Source: Lama glama
Lineage: Eukaryota
Assembly: GCA_028534125.1 (NCBI GenBank)
Contig: CM052832.1
Coordinates: forward strand, 8,124,001-8,188,000
DNA: 64,000 nucleotides
Reading direction: 5' to 3'
Shown: positions 36,641-48,640 of the stretch, piece after piece
Layout of the letters: each line of letters begins with the position of its first letter
How positions within the stretch are numbered: position 1 is the stretch's first letter
Translations under genes and position numbers: made by a program
Notes under the pieces: generated by a model
What the model was told of the DNA's origin: nothing
Seen by the model: only the letters and a program-made list of their open reading frames with translations
The model's database searches: none

Positions 36641-38398
36641 CCTGGGGCCTGGCAGGGGTTTATCCTCTAGTGTCCCTTTTCCTGGTGATTGGAATGATTT
36701 CCTGAAGCAGGAGGGAGTGAAGTTAGCCTTTGGGCCCTGTTGCCCTTAGGATGCGCAGCCCTGGGAGGTCACTGACCACAGGAGGCCAGTGGGCCCTTAA
36801 CTTGGCGGAGGTGGAGGAGTGGGGTTTGGGGCAATGACCTTGGGAGGGATGGAAGTATAACGAGAGGGGAGGAGAGGGACCAGTTCCCACCCTAGAACCC
36901 CCTGCACCTCCGCAGTCCTTCTCATGCCAGTTTCCACCTGCCTAATCTCAACAGGCCTGTTCCCACCACCCCAGGGCACCTGCTTTTTTTCTGCAGGACC
37001 ACCCTAGTCTGCTCTGGGCCTTGCTCTGATCTGGCCAAAGTATGGGTGTCCTGGGTGGGTGGGTTTGCTTAGGTCAGCTCTGCTGTGGAAAGAGACTCAC
37101 CAGTTTGAGAGTCTGAGCCCTATTAGGCCACAGACTCTATCCCTTCCCATCCCCCATTGCTTTCAGAGTAAATTAACCAATTACCTCTAATTAAAGCGCC
37201 ATGCTTTCTGTTCCCTCCTGGGCCTCCATCCCCGCCCCTGGGAGTCCTCCTCACCCTGGCTGGTCTGGAAGGGAGCCTGGCCAATAAGGTGGAAGTCAGT
37301 GAATCAGTGACTAGAACAGGGAGGGGTGGGAGAGAAGAGGCTCACAGTGCCATTTACTTCTGGAGAGTGGCCTGGGCAGCTAGGCCTCCTGCCTTCTTTG
37401 GGCCCTTGTGGGGCCTGGGAAGGCGGGGAGCAGGGGATGCCTTCGGCGGTAAGACCTGGGTGAAGCCCTGGGCAGATGCTGAGGCCCTGTGGGCAACCCT
37501 CCACGGAGAGGACTTGAGGGGCAGGTTCTGGAAGCTATCAGTCTTTGGTGGCACCTGCTGCTCCCTCATCCAACACACCAGGAGAGACTCTGAATGCCTG
37601 GGGGGTCCATCCAGTCCCTTCTCTCTTTAACCCTGCTCCTGCTATAGTGAGAACCCCTTCATTCTATTCCTCGTGCCCCTCCGTGGCCCTGAGGCACAGG
37701 CCCCAGCACCAGCACAGCCTGCACTGCCCTGTTACCTCCTTGGCACCACCCTGGCACCACCCTGGCCCCACGTGTGAGACGTGATGGGGAGGATGCCTGG
37801 TGTCCAGAGGCAGGGTGATGGGCTGTTGACCCATGTCTTACCTCTTGAAAGGCTGGCCTTTCCTGAGACAGGGCAGTACCACACCAGGCTGTGACTCAGG
37901 CTTATACCCCACATTGATCCCTGCCATTCCCAAAGACCTGTATATGTGGGGTGGGGGGTGGGGGGTGGGGTGGATTTGTCAATTGCAGATTTCCCTCTGG
38001 GGCTTCTCTCCAAGCCCTGAGGGGCCCGGCCATGACTAGAGGATTCAGAGCTTCCAGCCCCAGCTGTTGCTCCTAGCACATCACCCCAGCAGAGGCTGAC
38101 AGTGAGGGAGGGCCCCCTGGCGGGCCACAGCAGCCGTCAGAGTCAGTGGGGGGTGTGAGCCATCCAGGGCAGGAGCAGGACTCTGCACACAGGCAGGGCT
38201 GCCCCTAGAGTGTCCTGAGTCCCTATCTGCCAGTTTGGTTGCCCTCCTCTGCCCATTGAAAGCTGGCTCAAAACTCCCCACCTTCAGCATGCCTCTCTTA
38301 TCTGTGGCCAATTGGCTGGCTGCTGGTTTTCACTTGCTCCTCTGACTCTCATCCCCTTCTCCAGACCCTCCATGGGTGCATCTGGACTCTGTTCTTTC

Positions 38399-38429
38399 CT
38401 GCGTTTCCCAGTGGCCAGCAGAGGGCGCC
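38399..38429 (+). promoter_or_regulatory. CTCF motif (forward) with upstream U-motif-like element
   Basis: CTGCGTTTCCC-AG-TGGCCAGCAGAGGGCGCC. The core CCAGCAGAGGGCGC matches CCASYAGRKGGCRS at 14/14, and the upstream part resembles the ZF9-11 TGCAGTWCC module. Confidence 0.7.
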
Positions 38430-39319
38430 TCCAAAAGGAGGGAAGCACTAGGGAGAAAAACGAGGGAATCCGCTTCCCTGGATCCAGGTACTGTGCAAAG
38501 CCCAGACCCATGGGTTCATTTGTGTAAAATGAAACTGACCCAGACACCTTTTTTCCTGGCGATCTAGACTTAACCTGTCAGCAGAGGGCTGGAGGTTATA
38601 CCACAGGTTGAACCCAGGTGGCCCCAGGCAAGAGGGAGAGGATGAGGGAACTGCCCCCTTCCAGCAGTCCAAATGAGTAAGGGGCACTGGAGGTCACCAG
38701 CTTTCCTCCCCTGACCCTGGGAGAAGGGCTGGGAGGGGCTGCATAGAATGGCTGGTGTCCCTGTGGGAAGGGCTGCTGTGGACTTTTGGGCCACATCTGG
38801 ATTTCTGGCAGGATGGGGAGCTGGTCTGCTTGGGATCACCCAGGGACCCACTCCTTGGTGGTCTCTCACCATTATATTCCTGGGGAGTTCTTTACATGCA
38901 GGTGTATAGGACACAGCCTTGTAATGTGAGTGAATTCATGCAACCTAGTGGGGAACCTTCCTTTCCTGACACTCTTTCCTTTGCCTGTGGACTTAGGGTC
39001 CTGGGCAGCAGCCTACTCTTCTGGGCCACCAGACCTTTCCGCCATCCTATCGGAGAGTGTGAGATGCTGAGCTTCCCCTTGTGGAGGTTCTGGAAAATAG
39101 GCTCTAGTGTCCATCCTGTCCGTTCCCCTTCCTCCAGGTGGGTAAGAGAGGAGAGTGAGGCTACAGTAACTCTCAGGGATCCCACCCTATGAAAGGCGGA
39201 GCAGGGAACGGCTTGCTATTGGGTCATCTCACACAAAAGCCTGGGAATGAGACTGGGACGGGAACAGGGGAGAGGAGACAGCAGGAGTGGTTCTGTCTTG
39301 GGTTTGGGTTCTAGGTTTT

Positions 39320-39910
39320 GGGGACGGGACGACTCGGAGAAAAACGCTCTTGGTCAGCTAGGTTCCGAGACGCCCGGTCAGGGAACAGGGGGCTGGCGGG
39401 AATGGCCTTGAAGTAGGGAGCGACGGAGAGGGGGGAGGAAGAAACGTTTGCGCCCACCTGGGCTACCCTGCCAGCCCCTCTACCCCCAGATCTTCCCGGC
39501 CCGGCCCGCCGCGGCCCCTCCTCCAGACCTGGGCGCCGCCTCCCCCTCCCCTCCTCCTCCCCCTCCCACCCGGCGCTGCAGCTGCTGCCGACGGACCATT
39601 CTGCACGTAGCGAATGGAGGAGACGCACAAGGGAGGCCTCAAGTGCGCGCGCGCGGGAGCCGGAGCCGCGAGGGCGGGGGAGCGGGTGCGGGTGCGCGTG
39701 CGCGTGCGGCGCCGGCCCGGAGCGCGCCCGCCAAGCTCCAGAGCGCGCGGCTCCTTGGCGCTCCGAGGTTGGGGATGCTTGGCGGTGGGGGCCCCCGCCG
39801 CTCTGGGTTCTCCTGTGGCACTCTGTATACCTTCCAGTGAAGCCCACCTCTACCCAGGACTCTTCATCATCCACCCCAAAAGCACGTCCTTCACGCGCAG
39901 TGGGCGCTTC
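39320..39910. promoter_or_regulatory. CpG island, probable lncRNA promoter
   Basis: Very CpG-dense core 39495-39800 with SP/KLF boxes, NRF1-like TGCGCGTGCGC (39693-39703) and CACGTA (39604-39609). Confidence 0.8.
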
Positions 39911-41474
39911 ATGGTGACTGGGTGCTGGAATAAATTGATGCCCTGGCCCTTCTCCTCTGGGTCACTGCCCCACAGTCGGCTGGGTCCTGGGCTGGGGGTC
40001 ACAGAGGACTGAAAACTCTGGTCCCTTGAGGACTAGATTCTTAATCCTATCGTCCCACCTTTGCGCTAGGAGCTCTCAGCCTGGAGGCCCTCACCCTCAG
40101 ACCCCTCAGTTCTTGAACCCAGGGCAGGCCCTATAAGGCCCCTAGAGGCTCTTGACAAATGGTTATCAAGGAAAAATAAATGAGTTCTTTGACCTCTATC
40201 TCCGCTGGGATGGGGAACTCCCAAGGGAGTGCCTTTCCTTGTCACTTCCTCCCTCTGTATGTCACCTGCACCTGGATGGCAGGACTGGGCTCTGCCTACA
40301 CCACTGACAGAGGTGTGGTATGGTGAACACAGAGTCTGTGTCTTGGGATAATCAGGGAGTGCAAGGAGGCCACGCCAGCCTGTGGCAGGCAGTACTATCT
40401 TGGAGGTGTCTCCTGCGTCCCCAGGGTACCCTCCTGACTTTCTGAACCCCTGATCTGGCGGCTGGTAAATAAGTGGCCTGGAGGCTGCCCCTTCCTTCCC
40501 TAGATGGCCTAGGTTGACACCTCACCCTACCCTCCCTGCCACTGTGAGGCATCGGATGAAGCCTCTCTGGTCTGTGTGGGACTTGGGCAGGGCAAGTGCA
40601 GGGTCTTGCAGAGGGATGTTTGAATAGAATTGGTCCCCTTTTGGGCCTCCTGTTGAGGAGGGGAACTGAGTTGAAGGGGACTAGTTAGTGGCATGTGGGG
40701 TGCAGGTGATTGAGGGTTTTTTGTCACATGTTAACTTGACCTTGCCCAAATTTGATTGCCCTGAGCCTCAGTCTCCTGTCTAACGGGAGCACAGCCTTCA
40801 CCTAGTGGGACTGTTGAGGATTAAAATGTGGTCTGCACAAAACATGCCTCACATATTGGAGGCAGATGTTAAGTAAGAGCTAAATCTTAAAAAAAAATTT
40901 TTTTATTATTGTGTATGGACTGGCTGAAAGGCTGGGGACATTTCCTTCAGCTCTGTTTCCATGGGTAGACTAAATTCAAATCCCAGAGCTCCTTGGAATT
41001 TGGAGGTGGGTTTTGCAAAAACTATAGAGAAACCAGTAATATGTCATACTTCTGTCATCATCCAAGAATGAACCATTTCATACTAGTTTTCCAGACATTA
41101 ATATCTGAGACCTTAAAAAGAGATATTTTGGATGGAAGTCACTACTGGCTATTACACACTTTCCTGCCTTCTAAATCAGAGGTTATAGAACATGTGAGTC
41201 CTTATGACTCAGAGTTGTGGTTTCAAGTGTCCATCACGATCCTGGTTGTAATACAGTGAAAATCCAAGGTCTTTTGACCCCACACCAAAGTCCCATTCCA
41301 TGATGGCTATATTTTCATAGTTCTTGCATCTACATTTATAAGGGATTCTCATCACTTCAACTTTCACACTATTAGCTGTCACTTTCACCACTATCATGGT
41401 CTCAGGCAGACCACTGCTGCACCTCATTCTTCTCAACTTGTTTCGATTCTGCTGTGGGCTGAGAAATCAGAAAA

Positions 41475-42620
41475 TCACATCTGTTAGAAGATGCAAAAAA
41501 CAATAAGATCTTCTGAACTTGACAAATTATATTAAAATTCATCTGGAAAAATAAACATGCAAAAAGAGCTTGGAAAATTCTGGAGAAGAGGCATTATAAG
41601 GGGCAAGGAGAGCTACTGAAATGTACAAATTTCCAGTAATAAAACAGTTGGGTACTGGCACACAGACAGACAGATCAAAGGAACAGAACAGAGACCAGAC
41701 ACACACCCGTGTACAAATGGAAGTTGAATATATGGTAAAGTGACATTTTAAGTCAGAGGAGAAAGATGAAATATTCAATTAAATTGGACAACTGGCCAGC
41801 TGTTTAGGGAAAAAATAAATTGGTTCTCCACTTCATTCCTTATTCTGAAATAAGTCCCAGATAGATTAAATATTTAAATATAAAAAAGAAACCATACAAT
41901 TACTAGAACAAACATTAAGAAAAATTAAAAAATATTTGTTCTTGAATTGGGGAAAGTATGACACAAAATATAGGAGTTACCAAGGGAAAGATTAAAAAAA
42001 AAACTGGCTACATAAAAATGTAATATCTTAAAGTCTAAAGGCAAATAACAGGCCAGAAAAAAATATTTTCAAAATATATGATAGATGAGTTCATACAAGT
42101 CAATAAGGAAAAAAGAAGCAAACAGAAAAATGGGCAAAGCACATGGACAGGAAAGGGAATAATAAAGACTGGTAAACATGTAAAAATTCCTGCCCTCAGT
42201 CAAAATACAAGAAATCAAAATTAAGAAATGATAACATTCTCTTTTCTCTCTTTCTGATTGACAACAGTGGAAATGGGAGACGCCCTTGTTTGGTGAACAC
42301 TGGCATCCTCAGAATTGGTGGGAAGTCAACTACACCTGGGAAAGGGGTGGAATTACATGAGAAGAATTAAGTCACAAACCATTGGCTCAGGGGTTGGAAT
42401 TTATCAGATACACTGTCACAAATGCTACCAGTGTTCAAAGTATACGTACAACTGTCTTCATGGCAGTTTTATTTCCAAACTGGAAGCAACATCAAGTCCA
42501 TTAACAAGGCCCAGATTAGCTATGTTCTGGGGCGTCCAAAGGCCAGAGTGGTGTGCTGTGATTAAAAAGGACGAGGTACAGCTTTATATGTTGATATTCA
42601 CTAAGTGGGAAAGCAGGTGA
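41475..42620 (+). mobile_element. Decayed L1 (L1ME/MC-like) ORF2 3' region
   Basis: aaaattcatctggaaaaataaac...aaaacagttgggtactggcac...acagatcaaaggaacagaacagagacc...gggaaaaaataaa...aaaaatgggcaaag. Confidence 0.8.
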
Positions 42621-42654
42621 CAGGACAGCTCGGACGGGACTAGTCCACAAAGGG

Positions 42655-42842
42655 TGTACCTTCAGGAAGCATCATATCCTGAGAAGCCTGTTGGAGACCC
42701 AGAATCTCAGGGGTTGGTGGGGGGCAGAGGGTGGGATGGAGCTCAAAACAATTGGGTCAGGAACCTGGGGCTGGGGCCCAGTAGTCTGTTTGAACACACT
42801 CTCTAGAGGATCCTGATGCATGCTCACGTTTCAGAAGTACTG
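42655..42842. mobile_element. MER5-like hAT-Charlie fragment; similar fragments at ~33598-33662 and ~52560-52700
   Basis: ggggcccagtagtctg...aacacactctctagaggatcctgatgcatgctcacgtttcagaagtactg resembles the MER5A end. Confidence 0.55.
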
Positions 42843-43046
42843 GTGAAGAGCATGTCACTATTTCTTTAAAAATTGATATACGCCTGTCTGTCCTATGCTT
42901 CAGAAATTTCGAGAATTCATTCTGAGCAGAACAAGGTAGGACAGAGGTGCACTTTCACTTTATCTGCTTCTGAACTCTTCAGACTTTTTACCCTGAGACT
43001 ATATTCCTTTGATTGTCTTAATTTAGTAGTTAAGAAAAAAGCTACC

Positions 43047-43466
43047 CAAATGAAGAAACAAAATGTGGTATATACATACTATGAAATATTATTCAATCTA
43101 AGAAGGAAGGAATTTCTGACACATGCTACAATGCAGATAAACCTTAAGGATATTATACTAAGTGAAACCACTCAGTCACAAAAGGACAAATACTGTATGA
43201 CTCCACTTTAATTAGATACCACATTCATAGTAACAGAAAGTGAAATGGTGGTTGCCAGGGGCCTGGGGGGAACGGAAGAATGAAGTGTTATTGTTTATTG
43301 GGTACAGAGTTTGAGGGAAGATAAAAAGACTTCTGGAGATGGATGGTGGTGGTTGCACAACAATGTGAATTACTTCATGCCACTGAACTGTGCACTTAAA
43401 AAATGGTTAAGATGGAGAATTTTATGTTCTCTGTATTTTTACCACAATTACAAAAACATTAAACAA
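43047..43466 (+). mobile_element. 5'-truncated L1 (L1MB-like) with 12-bp target-site duplication
   Basis: aaacaaaatgtggtatatacata...cacaaaaggacaaatactgtatga...atggtggttgccagggg...gccactgaactgtgcacttaaaaaatggttaa plus an A tail. Flanks aaaaaagctacc at 43035-43046 and 43467-43478. Confidence 0.9.
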
Positions 43467-45581
43467 AAAAAAGCTACCTGGCCAAAAAGATGTGTAAAGT
43501 AGGGACAGGGATTGAAGCTGACAGGTTCTGGGAGAGCCTCCTTCTAGACTACAGAGTATGAACTTGAGGGTTGGGCTTGATGACAGCTCTTTCTGCTGCA
43601 GGGTTGGGTTGCAGCAAGTCTTGGCATCCGATAAGAGAGAGACCACATCCTCGCCCACACAATGGGAAACAGACCTAACGAACTTGCTGCCTTGAGAGAT
43701 GGCATAGGCAGGCAACAGGGACAGAGAAGAGGGTGGTTTGGGTGGAACACAGAGCATGCCAGGTTATGGGGCAGATGTGTCGTGGCGCCATCCCTGCTGC
43801 CTCTGCTGAGGCCCTTCCCTGGGCTGGGGAAGGGCTGGCCCTCCACATGGGTCAGAGCTGTAAGCCCAGTGGCCTGGGAGGGGGCGTGTGGGGATAGGAG
43901 GGAGAGAGGGCAGGATAGGCAGAAACTGTAGGGTAGGGCATGGATTTCTTAGGGAAAAATCTATGCTCAGACATCTGTCTGAAGCAAGGACGTGCTTGCA
44001 AGATGGATGATGGTGGGTAGGAGGGGAGGGGGCACTGACCAAGATGGACCTAGCACAACCAATTGGCTGGGGCTCAGGGATGGAGGACAGCATGTAGGCT
44101 ACTGCCTGCCCTTCTGCCAGCTTGGGGAAGAAGGCTCCTGTACAAAGCTCTGGGGACTTCTGCAGGTGGCCCAATATGGCCGGCCTATGTACCCTAGACC
44201 CTGCCTCCCCAGGGACCAGGAGTCTGGAGCTGCCAGGAACCAAGCAGGGAGACTTGCGGTCCAGGAGGGTACCAGAGATGGGGAGGTCCTGTGGCCAGCC
44301 TAGTCAAGCTGAGGAGGGCAGAGCAAACAAAGGGAAGGGGGAGAGGATCTGGAGAATCTTCTGAGTTTCTGTGTGTTCTCTAGGACTAGAGCACAGATGA
44401 GGAGACCCTGATGTTGAGATTTGAAGCTTCCTGCCTGAATCCGCTGCCCTCTAGGACCAGACTGGGCTCTGCACTCAGCCTGCCCCCATTTAGCAAGCTC
44501 CTTTCAGGAAGCTGGAGACCAGTCCCTGACCTCAGGGAGCTCACAGTCCCACTGTCCCACTCTGACTCAGAGAGAGCAGGTGCCGATCACAAGCCTGGCC
44601 AGCTCACTCCGAGGCTGGATCTATTCTGGCTCTGAGTCACAGGCCTCATCTTTCCTTTCTGCACAGTGGGTTGCTAGCTCAGGGTGCTCTCAGCCATGGC
44701 GTCTCCCAATTCTCAGTGTTAGGTGGGGAGCACAGACTCTCTCATTCTGCCCAGAAGTCTTTGTTTCCACTGTGGCCTTGCCAGCCCCAGTGTTGCATGG
44801 CTTGGTGGTTTCTTTTCCCTGAAAGAGGAATGGGAGGGAAGGTGGTGACAGGGAGGGGGAGGGGTAGAAGGCCTTGCTCCTGATAGAGAACGGTGATAAG
44901 AGTGTGGGGTGGGATTCCCAGGCCCATCCAGCCCATTCCTTGCTTCCTTCACTACCAAATGTATCCATTCCAGGGTAAGGCGGCCCCCTCGCAATGACCC
45001 ACTGGGGTAGGAGGCCTCTCCTCTCCTCTAATTTGTGGGGGTAGTGTGCAGGATAAGGACGAGCTGATAAGAGTTGAGACCCACTTCCTGCACTGATTTG
45101 GACTCATGTAGGCAAAAGCCTGGCTAGCCAGACCTCCCCAGGCCACAGAAGCCCACAGGCTTGTCTGCCCCTCCCCATGCTCAACTACAGACCTGGGGGA
45201 AGTGGGACTCCAGACCCTTCCAGCTGAGGGCAGTTGGATGTGAGGTGATGATGCTAGAGAATGTCAGCTCTCTCAGCTGGACCCCCGCCAGGCCCTGCAT
45301 ACTTCCTTTGGGTCCATCCTACCCAGCAGGTGATTTAGCCTGAGAGATTAGGGCTAGACACTGGGAGGGACCACCCAGAGAGGTAAGTGGGTGAGCTGGG
45401 AGCAGGCTGTTCTCCGAGGGAGCTCCTGTCAGTGAGTATAACTGTCCACCCTCAGGATGGGGCTTTGTGAGGAAGTTGCTCCCTCTCACTTCCAGCCCTC
45501 CAAGCAGTCTGAAAACCCCAATGATGTAGATGGGGGATGAGTCACCTATTATAGAGCTAAAGGAGACCCAGGTCAGATCCA

Positions 45582-45706
45582 ATTTGATGGGAAAGACACA
45601 GCCCTGACTTAGGGAACTTAGTCTGAGGGGAGACTGAGCCCTGCCCTCAGGGACCCCAGTCTAAGGGGAGACACAGCCCTGACTCAGCCCCCACTTGATG
45701 GGGAAA
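45582..45706 (+). repeat. Degenerate tandem array, ~38-bp unit (gtctgatggggagacacagccctgccctcagggagcccca)
   Basis: About 3 units; unit starts at 45621 and 45659. Confidence 0.75.
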
Positions 45707-46379
45707 TGCTGTGTGCACCCTACTTCCTCCCTCCCTGGCATTACTTTTCCTCCTCAGCTCTATGCTCTGCTCTCCGGGAACTTTCCTTCCCTAGGAAGGA
45801 TTTGTTGGGGCATCAGATCCCGGAACTCAGAACTCAGGGCTGGCTGTGCCGCCTCCTCCCCGCTGACTCCAAGCCCACTCACCGTCCCTGCATAAAGTCT
45901 GCGAAACCTGAGTGTGAGGGTTCCAGGAGGGGAGACTGAGTCATGGTGACTCAAGAGTGGTCTGGAATAGGAGAGGAAGGGCGCCCACCACCCTCTGTGC
46001 ATACTGGGGCCCCGCATGCGTGTGGGGGAACTTGTGTCCCTGGAAGCCCACGTCTCCCTATCTTGGCAGACACGTGGTGCTGGAGTGAATCACAGAGCCA
46101 GAGGTGGATGTCTGGAAGCCAGATGTGGTCCAGCTGTTGAAGACAGGGAGTCCAGCCACCCCAAGACCAGATGTGGCTGCACTTCTGTCTCCCTCTACCC
46201 TCTATGGTCTAGGTGCTCAGAAGCACTTCAGGGAAGATCCCCTGCCCTGGGCAGGACCAAGGACTCTCCACCGTGAGGAGTTACCCCTTCCATCAGGCGG
46301 GTGGTCTCCCAGTGGGTAAGAGCAGGGCCTCCACACAGGGCATTCACCTATGTCTGCACACCATTGCTTAAGCCTGAGA

Positions 46380-46700
46380 GCTTAAGACACAGAACTCCCG
46401 AGGGCAGAGGCCACCTCTTCCCGGTCAGATTAGAGGGTCTGAAAGAAGACAGGAAAGGTACTCCTTTAGACATAGATGCCCCTAGCTGGGGCTCCCTGAG
46501 AGCAGAGGCTGAGTCTTCCCATCACACTGTAACTCCCTGAGGCAGACGTCATACAACTTCCCCATCAGATCAGGAGTTCCCTGAAGGCAGACTTCCTCTC
46601 TCTCCCCATCAGACTGGGGCTCCCCGAGGCAGGGCTGTGTGTCCACATCAGCTGGGGTCCCTGTGATGTCAGGGCTGGGTCTCCCCCTCAGGCTGCTTCC
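46380..46700 (-). repeat. Degenerate tandem array of the same unit, opposite orientation
   Basis: Roughly 7 decayed units; the best is ccccatcagactggggctccccgaggcagggctgtgtgtcc (46604-46644). Confidence 0.75.
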
Positions 46701-47869
46701 TCCAGAGTCCTGGAGCTCAGGTCTGCCCCACTTCCCTTCCTGTCCTATCCAGTCACTGTCCCATTTCTTGAGGCTTCCCTGTGTCTCCTGTGGTCCCTCC
46801 TGCGGTCACTTCACTCTCAGTGGCTGGGAAGGCAGCAGATTCCCAGCATCTTCCACATAGCCAGTGACTCAGCCCCCTCAGCCTTCCTTCCTCTGCCTGA
46901 GCAGACTCAGGCCTCACATCACGGTAGGGAAACCCCTCTGCGTTTCTCCTCTGACGTCTGTGCCTGTCTCCCATGTCCTCCCAGTCAGGATGGCCCCTCC
47001 CCGCCCACACTGTAGTCCTGCTACACTAGCAGAGGAGGGAATGTCACATACGTGGCCTTGTTTTATCTTCACTCACCTGGGATGTAGATAGAGAATGTGA
47101 TCTCTGCTTGACAAGTGAGGAAACGGGCCCAGAAAGGTTGAGGGACCTGCTTAGTGTCACACAGCTCCTGGGTAGCAGACTGGAAACGGGAGCAGGGCCT
47201 GACTGTGAACACGTGTCCAGCCAGGTAGCCTGGATGGCATGGCCTACCTGGACTCTGTTTTCAGGGAGCCTCAACTTGGGGTGTCTGTGTCTGAGGGAGC
47301 AGCTTTCCTGTCTTCCTTCAGACCCTCTGATCTGTTGGGGGAGATGGCCTCTGCTCTCAGCTCGTCTTCCTCAGCCCGACAGCTGGCACTCATAGTCTTC
47401 CTGGGGAGAAGATAGGGAGAACCCAATAGCCATGGAGGATTCAATGACAGTGCTTGGGCTGAGCCAGCCATGCCATCAGGGCTACCTGGTTGGACGTGCT
47501 AGTGGCTTGCAGCAGAGCCTGAGAACCAGAGAATGGAACCGCTCTGTGGATTTGGCCCAAGGGAGTCTGGGATGGTGGGCTTCAATGGGCCAGCCAGCAG
47601 ACATTCTAATCACTTGATGGAAGGACACTCTGAGCTCTGGTAGGTGAAGGGGGTAGCATCTTCCATGTGTGAGGCTGCTGTACCTCCTCACTGCATCACT
47701 GCGCTCATTTTATAGGGAGGAAACTTTGGCCCAGAGAAGGACCTCACTTGGCCTAGAACGTGCAGTAGCCAGCCTTAAGCCATGTCTGTCAGATCCTGAC
47801 GCCCTCATTCCCATGGAGTAGGAGGCTGAGCACTGCCCAGTCCTGTCTCTGCTTCTGCTGTGTTCTGTT

Positions 47870-48060
47870 GGCAGTGGTTTGGCTCTTGACTCAGTCTGCA
47901 TGGTTTGAATCCTGACTCTGTCCCTACCAGCTGTGTAGTTGTGGGTAAGTTGTTCAACCTCTCTGTGCCTCTGTTTCCCCATGTGTTAAATGGGTGTACT
48001 GTAATAGCACTTATTATATTGAGGTATGTTGATGTTTGTGAGCTGGTAACCCAGAGAAAT
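47870..48060 (+). mobile_element. MIR SINE; an opposite-strand MIR fragment lies at ~47700-47820
   Basis: ggtttgaatcctgactctg...taccagctgtgt...gggtaagttgttcaacctctctgtgcctctgtttccccat. Confidence 0.85.
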
Positions 48061-48640
48061 CATATGAAGATGTTGGCCTCTTCCTTCTCCTCCACCCCAG
48101 CCCTGTCAGTCCAAGAAGAGAAGAGTGGTTGACAGTTGGGACTTGGCAAGATGGAGCTAAGGTCTCTCTGGGGGTAGGACATTCCCCAAAGGGTACTCAG
48201 GGCCTCTCAGGCCCTTCCTTTGGAGTTCCAGCAGAGGGTGGATGGGAGGCAGGAGGCCTTACTCCCTGCTGATTTCCAATCATCCTGGACCTCCAGTCCT
48301 CTCCCCACTGCAGAGTGTGGGCATGTGGGCTCCTGGCACGTACCCGGTGATAAGGGCCACCCAGCAGGCAGGACGTGGGCTACGTGAGGGGCTAGCAGAG
48401 GCGGTTGCTTCAGCCGGTAGCTGCCTGCCCAGCTCAAGGGGCCAAGGCCGGGAGGCTGGGCTGTGGGGTCCATTGTCTGCCTGCCACCGCCCCCCCCTCT
48501 GGCGAGCACAGACTCAGCAGCAGCCGGCAGCGGGCTCTTGGCAGAAGCTCTGGTCGTGCTCCCCCCTACGCAGGCACGCCCTGGCCTGCACGTCCTCGCC
48601 TGGGCCTCCAGCCACCATGGCTCTGGCCATTGCTGCGGCT

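Noticed and set aside
41300..41400. Assignment of the putative retrocopy to POLR2K or cytochrome c
   Set aside because: A few residues line up (MI...R.P..CR...Y) but nucleotide similarity by eye is poor and the zinc ligands are missing, so this is likely over-fitting.
42873..43502. ORFs of 112 and 63 aa; also 24976-25191
   Set aside because: Chance frames within decayed L1 sequence.
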